Origin: Octopus sinensis | Lineage: Eukaryota | Reading direction: 5' to 3' | Length of the DNA: 26,846 bases | Assembly (NCBI RefSeq): GCF_006345805.1 | Contig: NW_021836221.1 | Span: 1 to 26,846, forward strand | Shown here: piece after piece, positions 1 to 10,263 of the stretch | Layout: each line of letters starts with the position of its first letter | Position numbering within the stretch: the first letter of the stretch is position 1 | Position numbers and translations under genes: made by a program | The notes under the pieces: generated by a model | The model's database searches: none | Told to the model about the DNA's origin: nothing | Seen by the model: only the letters and a program-made list of their open reading frames with translations

Positions 1-210
1 TCATAGCATATAAGTAACCAAGATCTCAACACTATTCCTGAACGGGTCACCGGTCCGTTGCAGGGTTACACATATGAAGTTGAGTGGATTTGAACAACGC
101 GAAATGAAGTGTTTGGATCAAAAGCACAACACATCGCTTGGTTAGCGAATCGAAACCACGATCTCGTGATCAAGAGTACAACATCCTAATGCCTACGCCA
201 CACGCTTTCT
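1..210 (-). mobile_element. tRNA-derived SINE (family D), decayed, runs off the window start
   Basis: The reverse strand reads GAGAAAGCGTGTGGCGTAGGCATTAGG (A-box-like) ... GGTTTCGATTCGC (B-box-like), then TGTGTTGTGCTTTTGATCCAAACACTTCATTTCGCGTTGTTCAAATCCACTCA, which resembles the common SINE central motif GTGTCCTTGAGCAAGACACTT...CAGTCCACTCAG. Confidence 0.6.
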
Positions 211-211
211 C

Positions 212-360
212 AGTACAAAACTGGTACTTGATTTATCAATCCAAAAAATAGACGAAAGCGAAAACTAACATCGGACGTATTTGAACTCGGAACGCCAGAA
301 CGAATACTGCAAATGATTCTATTCGAAGTCTCTAACAACTCGGCCAATTCGCCGCCTGTA
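212..360 (-). mobile_element. SINE family B (Deu/Nin-like central domain), decayed
   Basis: The reverse strand AGGCGGCGAATTGGCCGAGTTGTTAG...GAGTTCAAATACGTCCG...GATAAATCAAGTACCAGTT aligns by eye with the well-preserved copy at 3018-3255. Confidence 0.65.
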
Positions 361-848
361 TGGCAGACAGTATGATCGATCGATCTGTTTGTCCTGTAAA
401 CTGTTTTTGGTATCAAAGGAGTTGAGTTATTTTGTTGTTTGTTGTTGCTTAGATGACATTTCCAGACTGCTATTGTTTCACACGATTACTAGGTCACTCC
501 TTTCGTCTCTCCGTCTCTCCGTCTCTCCCCTGCCCCTCATTCACTCACTACTAGATCAGTGATAGAGACGATTAAGCGATAAGAAGCTTTCTTTCTTTCT
601 TTTTTTCTTCTTTTTTAATTTTTGTAGACCAGCAAAATAATAAATAAATAGATAAATAAATTAATAATCGGCTCTACCACTAATAACAATAGTAACATAA
701 TAAAGCCGAACAACAACTATAGCATCAACAACAATAACAACACTATCAATAGTAGTTTGGCGATATTCCAACTGACATGAAGTGTCAAATCGAAGAATCA
801 CTTCTCACCCTTTGTAACTATGGACATTTATTTATTCATTTATTTATA

Positions 849-849
<1 letters not shown>

Positions 850-912
<63 letters not shown>
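850..912. repeat. (TTA)n microsatellite
   Basis: About 20 perfect TTA units. Confidence 0.97.
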
Positions 913-1620
913 TATGGAAGCCAACACAGAGATGGAGAAATAATCCAATACTGAAACAAGTTTCAAGATTGCAGACATTAGTACTGTATTCTACTTTAAA
1001 TTCAATCTTGGATCACTGATTCTTCGGGATAAGGTATTCGTTTTTTTGTTTTTGTTTTTGTTTTTTGTTTGGTTATTGTAATTTTTTGCTGTTGTTGTTT
1101 TTTTTCCCCCATTGTTTTTGTTATTGCTTATCACCAGGTCGAATCATATTGAATAGTCCTATGATCAAAGCGTTTCAGCTACGAGTATTCCCTCTTATTT
1201 TCATGCAATATAACTCAGGTCTGCATTGTTCAGTATGGCTGCCAATTTTTAAGATGATTAAGCGTGGTTTGAAAAGAAATTGTTCGCTATTTCTAGAAAA
1301 GCGAAACACTGAGTAGATGCTTTCTGAACAACCCAGGTGGCGTGGAAGAAAAGTGCGTTTAAAGAATACCCAAAGAAGAATACACAATATGTAGTTATTA
1401 GTGCCACGCTACAAGGAGGAAAATACTGCTGTACAAAACGCCGAACACATTCTTATATTTCTTTCTTCCTTACGGCTTTAAGCTAATAACTTCATATTGT
1501 TTTCTTATCTTTGTTTACGGCTTGGGATTTGTAAAAGGCGGCTAATAAAGTATCAGTATTACACTGTAAATCGAATGAATTACAATTATATATGATTGCA
1601 CTTATATAAACTACATGTAC

Positions 1621-1834
1621 AGCTACGAGCTGGCAGAATCGATAGTATACCAGACGAAATACTTAGCGGCATTTCGTCCGTCTTCATGTAGTTCAAATTT
1701 CGCCGAGATCGATTGTGCTTTCGCCCATTTGGGGATACAATATGTACTATTTGAGCACTGGGGTCGATGTAATTGACTAGCTAGCCCCCACCTCCAAAAT
1801 TTCAGGCTTTGTGCCTATAGTAGAAAGGATTATT
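1621..1834 (+). mobile_element. SINE family B, decayed
   Basis: CGAGCTGGCAGAATCG...CTTAGCGGCATTTCGTCCG...GTTCAAATTTCGCCGAG...GCACTGGGGTCGATGTAATTGAC...GTGCCTATAGTAGAAAGGATTATT. The 3' tail type is the same as in the copy at 10264-10480. Confidence 0.75.
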
Positions 1835-3017
1835 GTTATATTTGTATGGCCGTATGGTCAATTAAGCTTTGTCAGCAATAATGCACTTCGTTACGCGAGT
1901 TTATTAATAATGCATTGTCGTATTGGAAATATATCTACTGAGATATTGCCTAACAACCAACGTTCAAGTGTCCTAGATAGTTTTTCTGTTCGTATACTTT
2001 GTAAATAGATTTTGACGAAACAAAAATAAAATATAAGCACGATACATCAACTACATAAATACTTTTTTCTGTCTCTCCTGCTTTCCAAGCCCTTGTAAAA
2101 GAGTATTTTACTCGAAATATCAGGATCATTAAATATTTTCAAGTAATAACTCCATATCTTTGTTCTTATTTTTATTTATATTTAATCTTCCAACTTCAAT
2201 ATTCTAGGATATTAGCATATTACTTTATATTCCTGTGTGGCTGCCGGGACTACTTTTCGTCTCTGATATATATATTCTGCTAAATACAGCACATTCATAA
2301 AAGATTTTATCTCGGGCGAAAGCCACAGTAACTTGCATATAAATGGCGTGTATATACATTAAGTGTGGTACATAAATTGCTATTTTACTCCGTTATATGT
2401 ACAATAGATTATAATCAATATGCTCGCGCACGTAATTTTAACTTGATGTTAACAGTTTAGCACGTAACCTCAGTGATTTATAATTATGAATTATTTTCTG
2501 CTAAGTTGTATAAAGCTTATTTCTAATTGTAGCTTTTCTTTTCCTAATAATACTTCAGGAAAAATTAAGTGAACAACAATTTGATGAGCCATTTTTTTCT
2601 CAGTAAGTGACATCATTCTAAAGTCAAAACGTATTTGCTTTTTGTAAACAAATATTGTATGACATGAATTTTTTTTATTATTATATGAAATTAATTAAAG
2701 TCGTTCATTACATTAATTATTCTATTAATCAATTAGTCATTTTTTTAATACAATAATTTCTTTTTAGCTGAGTTATAATTTAATAGACTGAATCAATATT
2801 CATACATTCCTAATACAATCTTCGTGACCACAGATAGATGGAACAATATGAGAGTTCAACATCTTTTCTTCTATGAAGAATGAACTCAACTGATAGTTGA
2901 TCATTATTACGCATAGTCTGCCCCTTTTCCCTCCTACCTGAAATTACAGACCTCATGAAGCTTCAAAGAATACCCGATCTCATGCCCTTAAGACTTGATG
3001 GTATTGTTTTACATTTT

Positions 3018-3439
3018 AAGGCGGCGAGCTGGCAGAAACGTTAGAACGCCGGGCGAAGTGCTTAGCGGTATTTCGTCTGCGTTATGTTGTGAGTTCAAAT
3101 TCCGCCGAGGTCGACTTTGCCTTTCATCCTTTCGGGGTCGATAAATTAAGTACCAGTTAGGCACTGGGGTCGATGTAATCGACTTAATACCTATGTCTGT
3201 CCTTGTTTGTCCCCTCTGTGTTTAGCCCCTTGTGGGTAATAAAGAAATAGAAATAGGTATTTCGTCTGTCTTTACGTTCTGAGTTCAAATTCCGCCGAGG
3301 TCAACTTCGCCTTTCATCCTTTCGGGGTCGATAAATTAAGTACCAGTTACGCACTGGGGTCGATGTAATCGACTTAATCCGTTTGTCTGTCCTTGTTTGT
3401 TCTCTCTGTGTTTAGCCCCTTGTGGGTAGTAAAGAAATA
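3018..3439 (+). mobile_element. SINE family B dimer (full monomer 3018-3255 plus 5'-truncated monomer 3256-3439) bounded by an 18-bp target-site duplication
   Basis: Head GGCGGCGAGCTGGCAGAAACGTTAG, B-box-like GAGTTCAAATTCC, and central GCCTTTCATCCTTTCGGGGTCGATAAATTAAGTACC present twice. GGTATTGTTTTACATTTT lies at both 3000-3017 and 3440-3457. The Deu/Nin assignment of the central domain is from memory and needs a Dfam/Repbase check. Confidence 0.9.
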
Positions 3440-3544
3440 GGTATTGTTTTACATTTTGGTAAATCCTGAACATGAATCGAGTTCATAATTTCAAATACTT
3501 CCCATTGTTGCTGTTAGTATTGTTTTTGCCCCTAGCATCAGACC

Positions 3545-3692
3545 TATAGTGACCAAATGCGTTCCAGTCGTGGCCATTCCGTCTTATATATCAAACAAAG
3601 TACATCTAAAAGTGCATAATATTTTAAATGCAGCTTCTGTTTCTCTATTTTCTTAAGATGGCAAGCTTTGATGTTTTGGAGATTTAGCTACT
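3545..3692. repeat. Unclassified dispersed repeat (family C), interrupted by the Helitron-like element
   Basis: Block 1 AAATGCGTTCCAGTCGTGGCCATTCCGTC and the start of block 2 GGAGATTTAGCTACT match blocks seen at 8705-8740, 9252-9545 and 25722-25890. Confidence 0.55.
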
Positions 3693-4077
3693 ACTAGCAG
3701 TATCGCCCGGCGTTGCTTAGGTTTGTAAGGGAAATAACTATAAAGCATTTTTAGAGAGTTATAGCCAAAAAATAGCCAAAAAATGGAAAAAAAATTATGG
3801 TAAATTTTTTTGAGAGTTAAAAAAGGTGGAGTTGCGTCCCCTAGACGGTCTGTGGTTTGGGTTTCTGATTCTCGACCCCATGTCGAATTTATCGATTTTT
3901 TTCAGAACTGGGGGAACTTTTCAAAATTTTCGCTGCGTTAGTTTTGAATTATGACATTGGGCTATGTGTGTGTCAAGTTTCATCAGAATCGGTTGAAAGC
4001 CGTGGTCAGAGTGAGGGTACGAGAAAACAGACACACAGAAAACGCACAGACAAACTGCCGTTTATATATAGAGAGAT
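3692..4077 (+). mobile_element. Non-autonomous Helitron/Helentron-like element (HINE/Lep1/DINE-1-like architecture)
   Basis: The 5' end is TACTAGCAGTATCGCCCGGCGTTGCT, and the 3' part is AAGTTTCATCAGAATCGGTTGAAAGCCG...ACAGACACACAGA...ACAGACAAACTGCCGTTTATATATAGAGAGAT followed by TTT. There is no TSD or ORF. The termini resemble those of rolling-circle non-autonomous elements, judged by recognition and not by alignment. Confidence 0.6.
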
Positions 4078-4302
4078 TTTCAGCTAACCGAATGAGATGC
4101 TGTGGCTGGCTCACTCGCTAATTGATAAATAGATTTAAACGGACTTGATGTTGTATGATTGTACTCGTTGTTGACAGAGCCTAAAGGAGTTGCAAGTATA
4201 TAACCTTTATCACAATATCGCAAAATATACTTAGAATATTTTAATAAAACAAATATGTATTTAGAATATAAATAACCTAAGAATATCACAGAAAAATTAT
4301 AC

Positions 4303-4561
4303 ATATTTTCATCTGTTGTCTTGTACCAGTCATTAGATTACGGCCTTGCTGGAGCAGCGCCTTGAAGTGCTTACCGACCTCAGTACTTTATTTTCTTTAA
4401 GCCTAATATTTATTCTATCGGTCTCTTTTGCCGAAGAACTAAGGTACGGGATGTAAACAAACTAACACTGGATGTCTAGCAGTAGTGAGGGGCAAACACA
4501 AAGACACATCCATATAGGTAGATAAATAGATAGATAAACAGGCACAGATAGATATATAGAT

Positions 4562-4604
<43 letters not shown>

Positions 4605-4765
4605 GGTACAAGGGCTTCTACGCAGATTCCGTCTATCGAATTTACTTGAAAGGCATTGTTCGGCCCGAGACTGAAGTAGGAGACACTTATGTAAGGTGCC
4701 GAGCAATGGAATTGAACCCCAAACCACGTGGTTACAAAGCGAGCTTCTTAACCTCACAGCCATGC
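4303..4765 (-). mobile_element. SINE family A (tRNA head, CORE-like domain, internal microsatellite, 3' tail; OR2-like), decayed near-full copy
   Basis: It is colinear with 9792-10229. The internal repeat here is (AGAT)n at about 4520-4605, and the reverse-strand head is TGGCTGTGAGGTTAAGAAGCTCGC...GGTTCAATTCC. Confidence 0.8.
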
Positions 4766-4887
4766 CAGCTTGGCAAAAAATATCCTTGTTGATATTTATA
4801 AAATCTTCAATTGACCAAGAACCGTAACGCCGAATATAGATTACATTGCAGTATTCCTATCAATGCGTTTTAATTTTACATTGTAAA

Positions 4888-4995
4888 TCCAGAGAGAGAG
4901 AGAGAGAGGGAGGGGTCAGAAAAAGAGAGACAGGGGAGTGAAAGAAAGCGAGGGAGAGAATGAGAGAGAGAGAGAGTGAGAGAGATGGAGAGAGA
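4888..4995. repeat. (GA)n / purine-rich tract
   Basis: Direct reading. Confidence 0.9.
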
Positions 4996-5937
4996 CGGAC
5001 AGTTAGTGCCTTGCGTTTCGTCCATATTAGTTAGGCAAATAGAAGTAACATACTAAAGTCAAGCGAATCGATAATGTCCTTCATCTTCGCAAATAGGGAA
5101 CAAATACAGCCGCGGAAGAAGAGATCAATATCTCTAATTTTTCAGACTGTTTATTTTTTGAGTTTGGTAAATCGCCTTCACTCAGGTACCAGTCATTGCA
5201 GACCAAACCGATGTTTTAATAGAATTCAAAATTCTATTTGAAATACAGGCAACCTTTCCTCCACACATACACACACATACAAAATCACTGGAATCTCCTC
5301 AAAAACCCAATACAGTAGTTGTAAAAAAAAAATTTAAGAACTTGGCTTCGTGTTTGTTTCCCCAGTACCATCTTAACGTGATGGTTAAAGCCTTTAAAAA
5401 GAGCAAAATCGCTTAATGGACTAAACGTTATCTCAATTTACGCCGCTTCAATAGCTACGAGGATATTTACACGACATTTTACAGTCTTTTATTTATAATG
5501 TAATAGCATTTGACCCGCTTTTTCTTGTCCCTTAAACTTTTCAGAATTGAAGGTCACTAACATTTACAGTATGATAAACGTTGTCTTTCAGTTTAATACA
5601 GACGGGTTACTACAAGATTACGGTGAAGACGGGGAGATCCCTGCAAACCCATCAATTTTAGTTATATAAACGAGTTACGACAAAATTGGGGTCTCTTCCA
5701 TGGCCATCAATTTTAGTTCTAACAAAACAAAATGGTATTCGTCTTCAGGAATTTGACAGACGGCGATTAAACGGAAATTGTTATGAAAGATAACATGATA
5801 TATAATATATCAGCTGTGTTTTAAAGTATGTCCGTTTATTACGCTCTTGGGTGGAAAATACCCGACTGCTTCGTGTTTGCAATTGTCCGAGAACATTGAA
5901 ATTACAGTGCTGCAAGTTTCAGACCGCAACATAAGCG

Positions 5938-6007
<70 letters not shown>

Positions 6008-6032
6008 ACACGCACGCACAAACACACACACA
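5938..6032. repeat. (CA)n microsatellite
   Basis: Direct reading. Confidence 0.95.
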
Positions 6033-6578
6033 CTAATGCTTCTGGTTAATACAAGAACATCACACAACCCTGTTTCAAATTCATCCCTACACAAGGGCGT
6101 TCGTACCTTGTTAAAAAGGGAGCAGTATCTAATTATGCTGACTTCACCTGTACGAGTGTGTATAAAAGTAGAATACAAACACCCGTCACTCGCGAGCGAG
6201 TACGGCTTGATGACATTTACCAATCGTAATTATGTATTAATTATTTTTGGGTGCTTATGCAGTTGCGAGCAGACATAGACACATTCTCAGTCGCAGTAAC
6301 CCTTGACCCAGAAAAACATTAAAGATGTGGCAACTGAAGGGAGATAGGGCAACACCAGTACTCGGATGATACTCGGATGATACTCTTTACAACTATATAG
6401 ATCTGACCACGCACTTTTATGGAATATATATTTGCTTTAGTTTTAACAGGCAATGTTGTAATTAAGCAGGCATGATTCTAGTGGGCATTAGCACATAAAG
6501 CAATTAACTACCTTATTGGTGATGAGATTAATCTCCAAGGTTACAACATTTTATTGAATAAATTGTACATATATAATT

Positions 6579-6611
<33 letters not shown>

Positions 6612-6620
6612 ATACATAGA

Positions 6621-6780
6621 TACGACGGTCTTCTTTCAGTTTCCGTCTTGCAAATCCACTCACAAGGCTTTGGTCGGCCCGAGGCTATAGTAGAAGACAC
6701 TTGCCCAAGGTGTCACGCAGTGGGAATGAACCCGTAACTATGTGGTTGGGAAGCAAGCTTCTTGCCACACAGCCACGCCT
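6621..6780 (-). mobile_element. SINE family A, 5' half (tRNA head plus CORE-like domain)
   Basis: The reverse strand reads GGCGTGGCTGTGTGGCAAGAAGCTTGC...GGGTTCATTCCCACTGCGTGACACCTTGGGCAAGTGTCTTCTACTATAGCCTCGGGCCGACC. ACCTTGGGCAAGT...GGGCC resembles the CORE consensus. The copy ends in (AT)n. Confidence 0.85.
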
Positions 6781-6939
6781 AGGTTCATTTGCGTTTTTAT
6801 TAATTTTAATTGGCACAAAGTTACAAAACGTATTCGATGGTCGAGTGTTTGGTGCATAGCATTTATCAAAACCGACTTCACGAAACTCTGGGCACTTGAG
6901 TCACTTGTAACTTTCTGCCGAACAAAAAACAATTCATAT

Positions 6940-7207
6940 AGGTGTGTCTGTGTGTGTGTGCTTGTGTGTGTGAATATATTGCATATAAATTATATATATA
7001 TTATACATAAATTATACCACACACGCATACACACATATATACACACTAACGTACATAGATTTATATACGTATAAATATGTACACACAAGTACAACGATTG
7101 CTCTGTTGATAAGAAATATATTTCTTTCAAACTGGAGTGACTCTTTGTATTAATGTTTGTATAAGTAATCGCTTTGTATGTATACGTGTATGTATCCATA
7201 CACCCAC

Positions 7208-7247
<40 letters not shown>

Positions 7248-7748
7248 TCGTGCGTATGTCTGTATGTACGTATGCATATATAATTACGCGTATGTGTAAA
7301 AATACGTGTGAAAGGGCACTTGTGTGAATAGCCGGTAGTATACGAGTGTGAATAATGCGTATATACTTTTTATGTGAGAAACCGATTGTGTGAATATATG
7401 TTTAATATATAACTATGAATGGTCTTTTGTATATCTAATCATTTGTGTGAGGAACTGCTTGTGTGCAATATGTGTTTGTATTGAGTCGCCTTTTAATGTG
7501 TATAAATATCTATTATCGTATGAGTGTATGTGACTTTCTATCTGTATGCAATGTATAATGATTATTTTTTTTCTTTTGTCGTTGCTCTTTTTTGTTTGTT
7601 TTTTATATTTATTTTGTGTATTTCTCTCTTTTTCTTTGGTATTTTCTTGTGTCACTTTAAACACTACCATTTTCCATCAATATCATAATTCTCATAACAC
7701 TTTCTATTATTTTCTATTCCTGCTTTCTTTCCTTTTCTTTATGTTTTC

Positions 7749-7793
<45 letters not shown>

Positions 7794-7944
7794 TCACGCT
7801 GTCACTCCTCCGTCCGTCTGTCTGTCTGTCTGTCTATATGTCTCTATCTCTCTCTCTCTATATATATATATAAATATATGTACACACACACATATATGCA
7901 CACATATATAATCATATATATATACATATATAGATATATTCATA

Positions 7945-7985
<41 letters not shown>

Positions 7986-8204
7986 ATGTATATATATATA
8001 TACATACGCATACATATATGTATAATGTGAATCTTCCGTCATCTGTGTGTGTATCGATTTGTGTTTATTTTTACCCCGATGTTTCCTTATTTCTCTCTTG
8101 TAGCTCTGTATAATATATGAATACATGAATACCATGTGTGTGTATATATGTATATATATATATATATATATATGATATGTATGCATAAATATATGTACAT
8201 ATGT
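6940..8204. repeat. Compound microsatellite region: (TG)n, (AT)n, (TTTC)n, (TCTG)n, (CA)n
   Basis: Direct reading. It explains the overlapping YI/HT/CV-rich ORFs. Confidence 0.85.
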
Positions 8205-8372
8205 ATCGCTAGCCACTACACACATTTTTTTCTCTCCTTGTTTCTTTCTGTGTTCTTTTCTGTGGAAGAGCGTAGGCTCAAAACGTTAAAAATTTTTCAA
8301 TCCCCGAGCGTTAAACTAATACATCTGTTTGTTTTCTACACTACCTGTCTTCGTCTTTTTCGTGAATTCTCC

Positions 8373-8376
<4 letters not shown>
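8205..8376 (+). mobile_element. Dispersed ~175 bp repeat, putative Penelope-like terminal repeat, copy 1
   Basis: It is colinear with 20391-20568 (TAGCCACTAC...GAAGAGCGTAGGCTC.AAACGT...GAGCGTTA.ACTAATACATCTG...TCTTCGTC...CCCTATAT) and contains a hammerhead-like core. The PLE assignment is inference. Confidence 0.6.
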
Positions 8377-8377
<1 letters not shown>

Positions 8378-8420
<43 letters not shown>

Positions 8421-8534
8421 AAATCGTATAGGTCAGTTTTTCCAACCCTGTTTCTTTATCCCCGCCAAACTTGATCTTACTCCCCCTGTCTCTGTCTTTC
8501 TCTCTGTCTGTCTCTCTCTCTGTTTATCTACGTG

Positions 8535-8576
<42 letters not shown>

Positions 8577-8580
8577 TCAC
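8378..8580. repeat. (GT)n and (CT)n microsatellites
   Basis: Direct reading. Confidence 0.9.
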
Positions 8581-8859
8581 TTTCTATATTGCACTTTCCC
8601 TTCTTTATATAGTCTATCTATATGAACACTTCGCTTCGGTAGTGGGATGGGACGTAGCCAATGATTCTTTCACCAATCTTTGAACAGGAGGATGTAACAT
8701 GAGTGGAATTTGGTTGCTATTTCTAACAGGTCGAACGTCTACACACCGGGGTTATCTCACTGAATCGATCATACATTAATTAGCGATATGCATAAAGATA
8801 CTTCGTTTGAGACTGTTTGCTCTTTTGCTATCAGTTTGCCATCGATATCCACTGTAAGG

Positions 8860-9180
8860 CTGAACGACTTAGAAGTCCGCCATTGCAATCAAGAGTTCGC
8901 GAGTTCGATATCTTTGCTGAATGTTTTAGATAAGTATCATATGCTATAGTTTCGAATCGACCCATGCCTTGTCAGTGAGTTAAGGTTGAGAAGAACCCCA
9001 TAAAAGCTTGTTAGATGAAGCGTGGCAGCAATTTAATGGTCCAGTCGTGTCTCACAACACACTGTGTTACGGTGAGTATGCAAGAAGAGGTACATTAAGG
9101 GGTACATGTGTCTGTGGAATTCTAGGAATACTCAACCGCTGACACGGTGATTCAATCAACATGGAGTCTGTTGACTGAAT
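8860..9180 (+). mobile_element. Highly decayed SINE material (family A-like head/CORE followed by a family D-like tail)
   Basis: GAGTTCGATATC (B-box-like), then GCTATAGTTTCGAATCGACCCATGCCTTGTCAGTGAG, which resembles family A ACTATAGCCTCGGGCCGACCAAAGCCTTGTGAGTGG, then GGTACATGTGTCTGTGGAAT. Confidence 0.4.
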
Positions 9181-9182
9181 AA

Positions 9183-9538
9183 CTGATTACCTTTTGATGA
9201 AACAGACAAAGACCCACTTTCAACAGTTCAGTTCTTAATGAGTCAACTGCCGATCAAAGATCTTCCAGCCTCGACCATTTCGTCCCTTTAGTATATCTAG
9301 AAACTGTATAGGTTTAAGCGGGAATAAAGCGTGAGGAAATGAAGATTTACCTCTTATTTCTGATTACCTTTTGATGAAACAGACAAAGACCCACTTTCAA
9401 CAGTTCAGTTCTTAATGAGTCAACTGCCGATCAAAGATCTTCCAGCCTCGACCATTTCGTCCCTTTAGTATATCTAGAAACTGTATAGGTTTAAGCGGGA
9501 ATAAAGCGTGAGGAAATGAAGATTTACCTCTTATTTCT
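9183..9538. repeat. Exact 177-bp tandem duplication (9183-9359 and 9360-9536)
   Basis: Base-by-base comparison by eye shows no mismatch. There is a 2-bp CT overlap at the junction, and the duplication lies in a family C copy. Confidence 0.95.
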
Positions 9539-9731
9539 AGCAACCCTGTCATCTGCGAAGGGCCACCTACTTTGAGCCAAATCGTTAGTTTCTAGAGAGT
9601 GCATGTGTATATATGAGTTGTTGTTGATTGTCACAAAGTCCATATCGTTTCCAAGTAGATATGTGGTGAAAGGCCCCCCCACCAACCGTACCTCTCTATC
9701 TTTTTATTCATTATCTATTGATGTGTGCGTG

Positions 9732-9777
<46 letters not shown>

Positions 9778-9791
9778 CGCATATATATATA

Positions 9792-10004
9792 CTCTTACTC
9801 TTTTACTTGTTTCAGTCATTTGACGGCGGCCATGCTGGAGCACCGCCTTTAGTCGAGCAAATCGACCCCGAGACTTATTCTTTGTAAGCCCAGTACTTAT
9901 TCTATCGTCTCTTTTTGCCGAACCGCTAAGTGACGGGGACGTAAACACACCAGCATCGGTTGTCAAGCAATGCTAGGGGGACAAACACAAACACACACAC
10001 ATAC

Positions 10005-10069
<65 letters not shown>

Positions 10070-10229
10070 TATATACGACAGGCTTCTTTCAGTTTCCGTC
10101 TACCAATCCACTCACAAGGCATTGGTCGCCGAGGCTATAGCAGAAGACACTTGCCCAAGATGCCACACAGTGGGGCTGAATCCGGTACCATGTGGTTGGT
10201 AAGCAAGCTACTTACCACACAGCCACTCC
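9792..10229 (-). mobile_element. SINE family A, full-length, best-preserved copy
   Basis: The reverse strand has head GGAGTGGCTGTGTGGTAAGTAGCTTGC, B-box-like GGATTCAGCCC, CORE-like ATCTTGGGCAAGTGTCTTCTGCTATAGCCTCGG, internal (AT)n(GT)n, 3' domain CCGTCACTTAGCGGTTCGGCAAAAAG...GGGGTCGATTTGCTCGACTAAAGGCGG, and tail GTAAAAGAGTAAGAG. Both flanks are (TA)n. Confidence 0.92.
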
Positions 10230-10263
10230 TATATATATAGTATAATATATGTGTATATGGAAG

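Noticed and set aside
2852-2899. Hairpin GAGTTCA/TGAACTC with inner TTCTTC/GAAGAA, considered as a pre-miRNA
   Set aside because: The stem is only 13 bp with a 7-nt bulge, too short for a pre-miRNA and expected by chance in AT-rich DNA.
3018-3110. tRNA-like heads here and at 10150-10229, 6700-6780 and 120-210
   Set aside because: They have A/B-box-like motifs but no complete cloverleaf and continue into SINE bodies, so they are not tRNA genes.
5591-5668. Short open frame FNTDGLLQDYGEDGEIPANPSILVI after a TTTCAG acceptor
   Set aside because: It is too short, ends in a stop and shows no homology.
6360-6385. 11-bp doublet TACTCGGATGA, and the 8-bp triplet CGTCTCTC at about 501-526
   Set aside because: These are ordinary slippage micro-duplications.
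6524-6535. 12-bp palindrome GAGATTAATCTC (paired TAATC homeodomain sites)
   Set aside because: A single short palindrome is expected by chance in 27 kb of AT-rich sequence.
9183-9538. Direct repeats (also 24126-24225 and 24850-25350) considered as a CRISPR array
   Set aside because: There are no unique spacers of regular length, no cas genes, and the context is eukaryotic.
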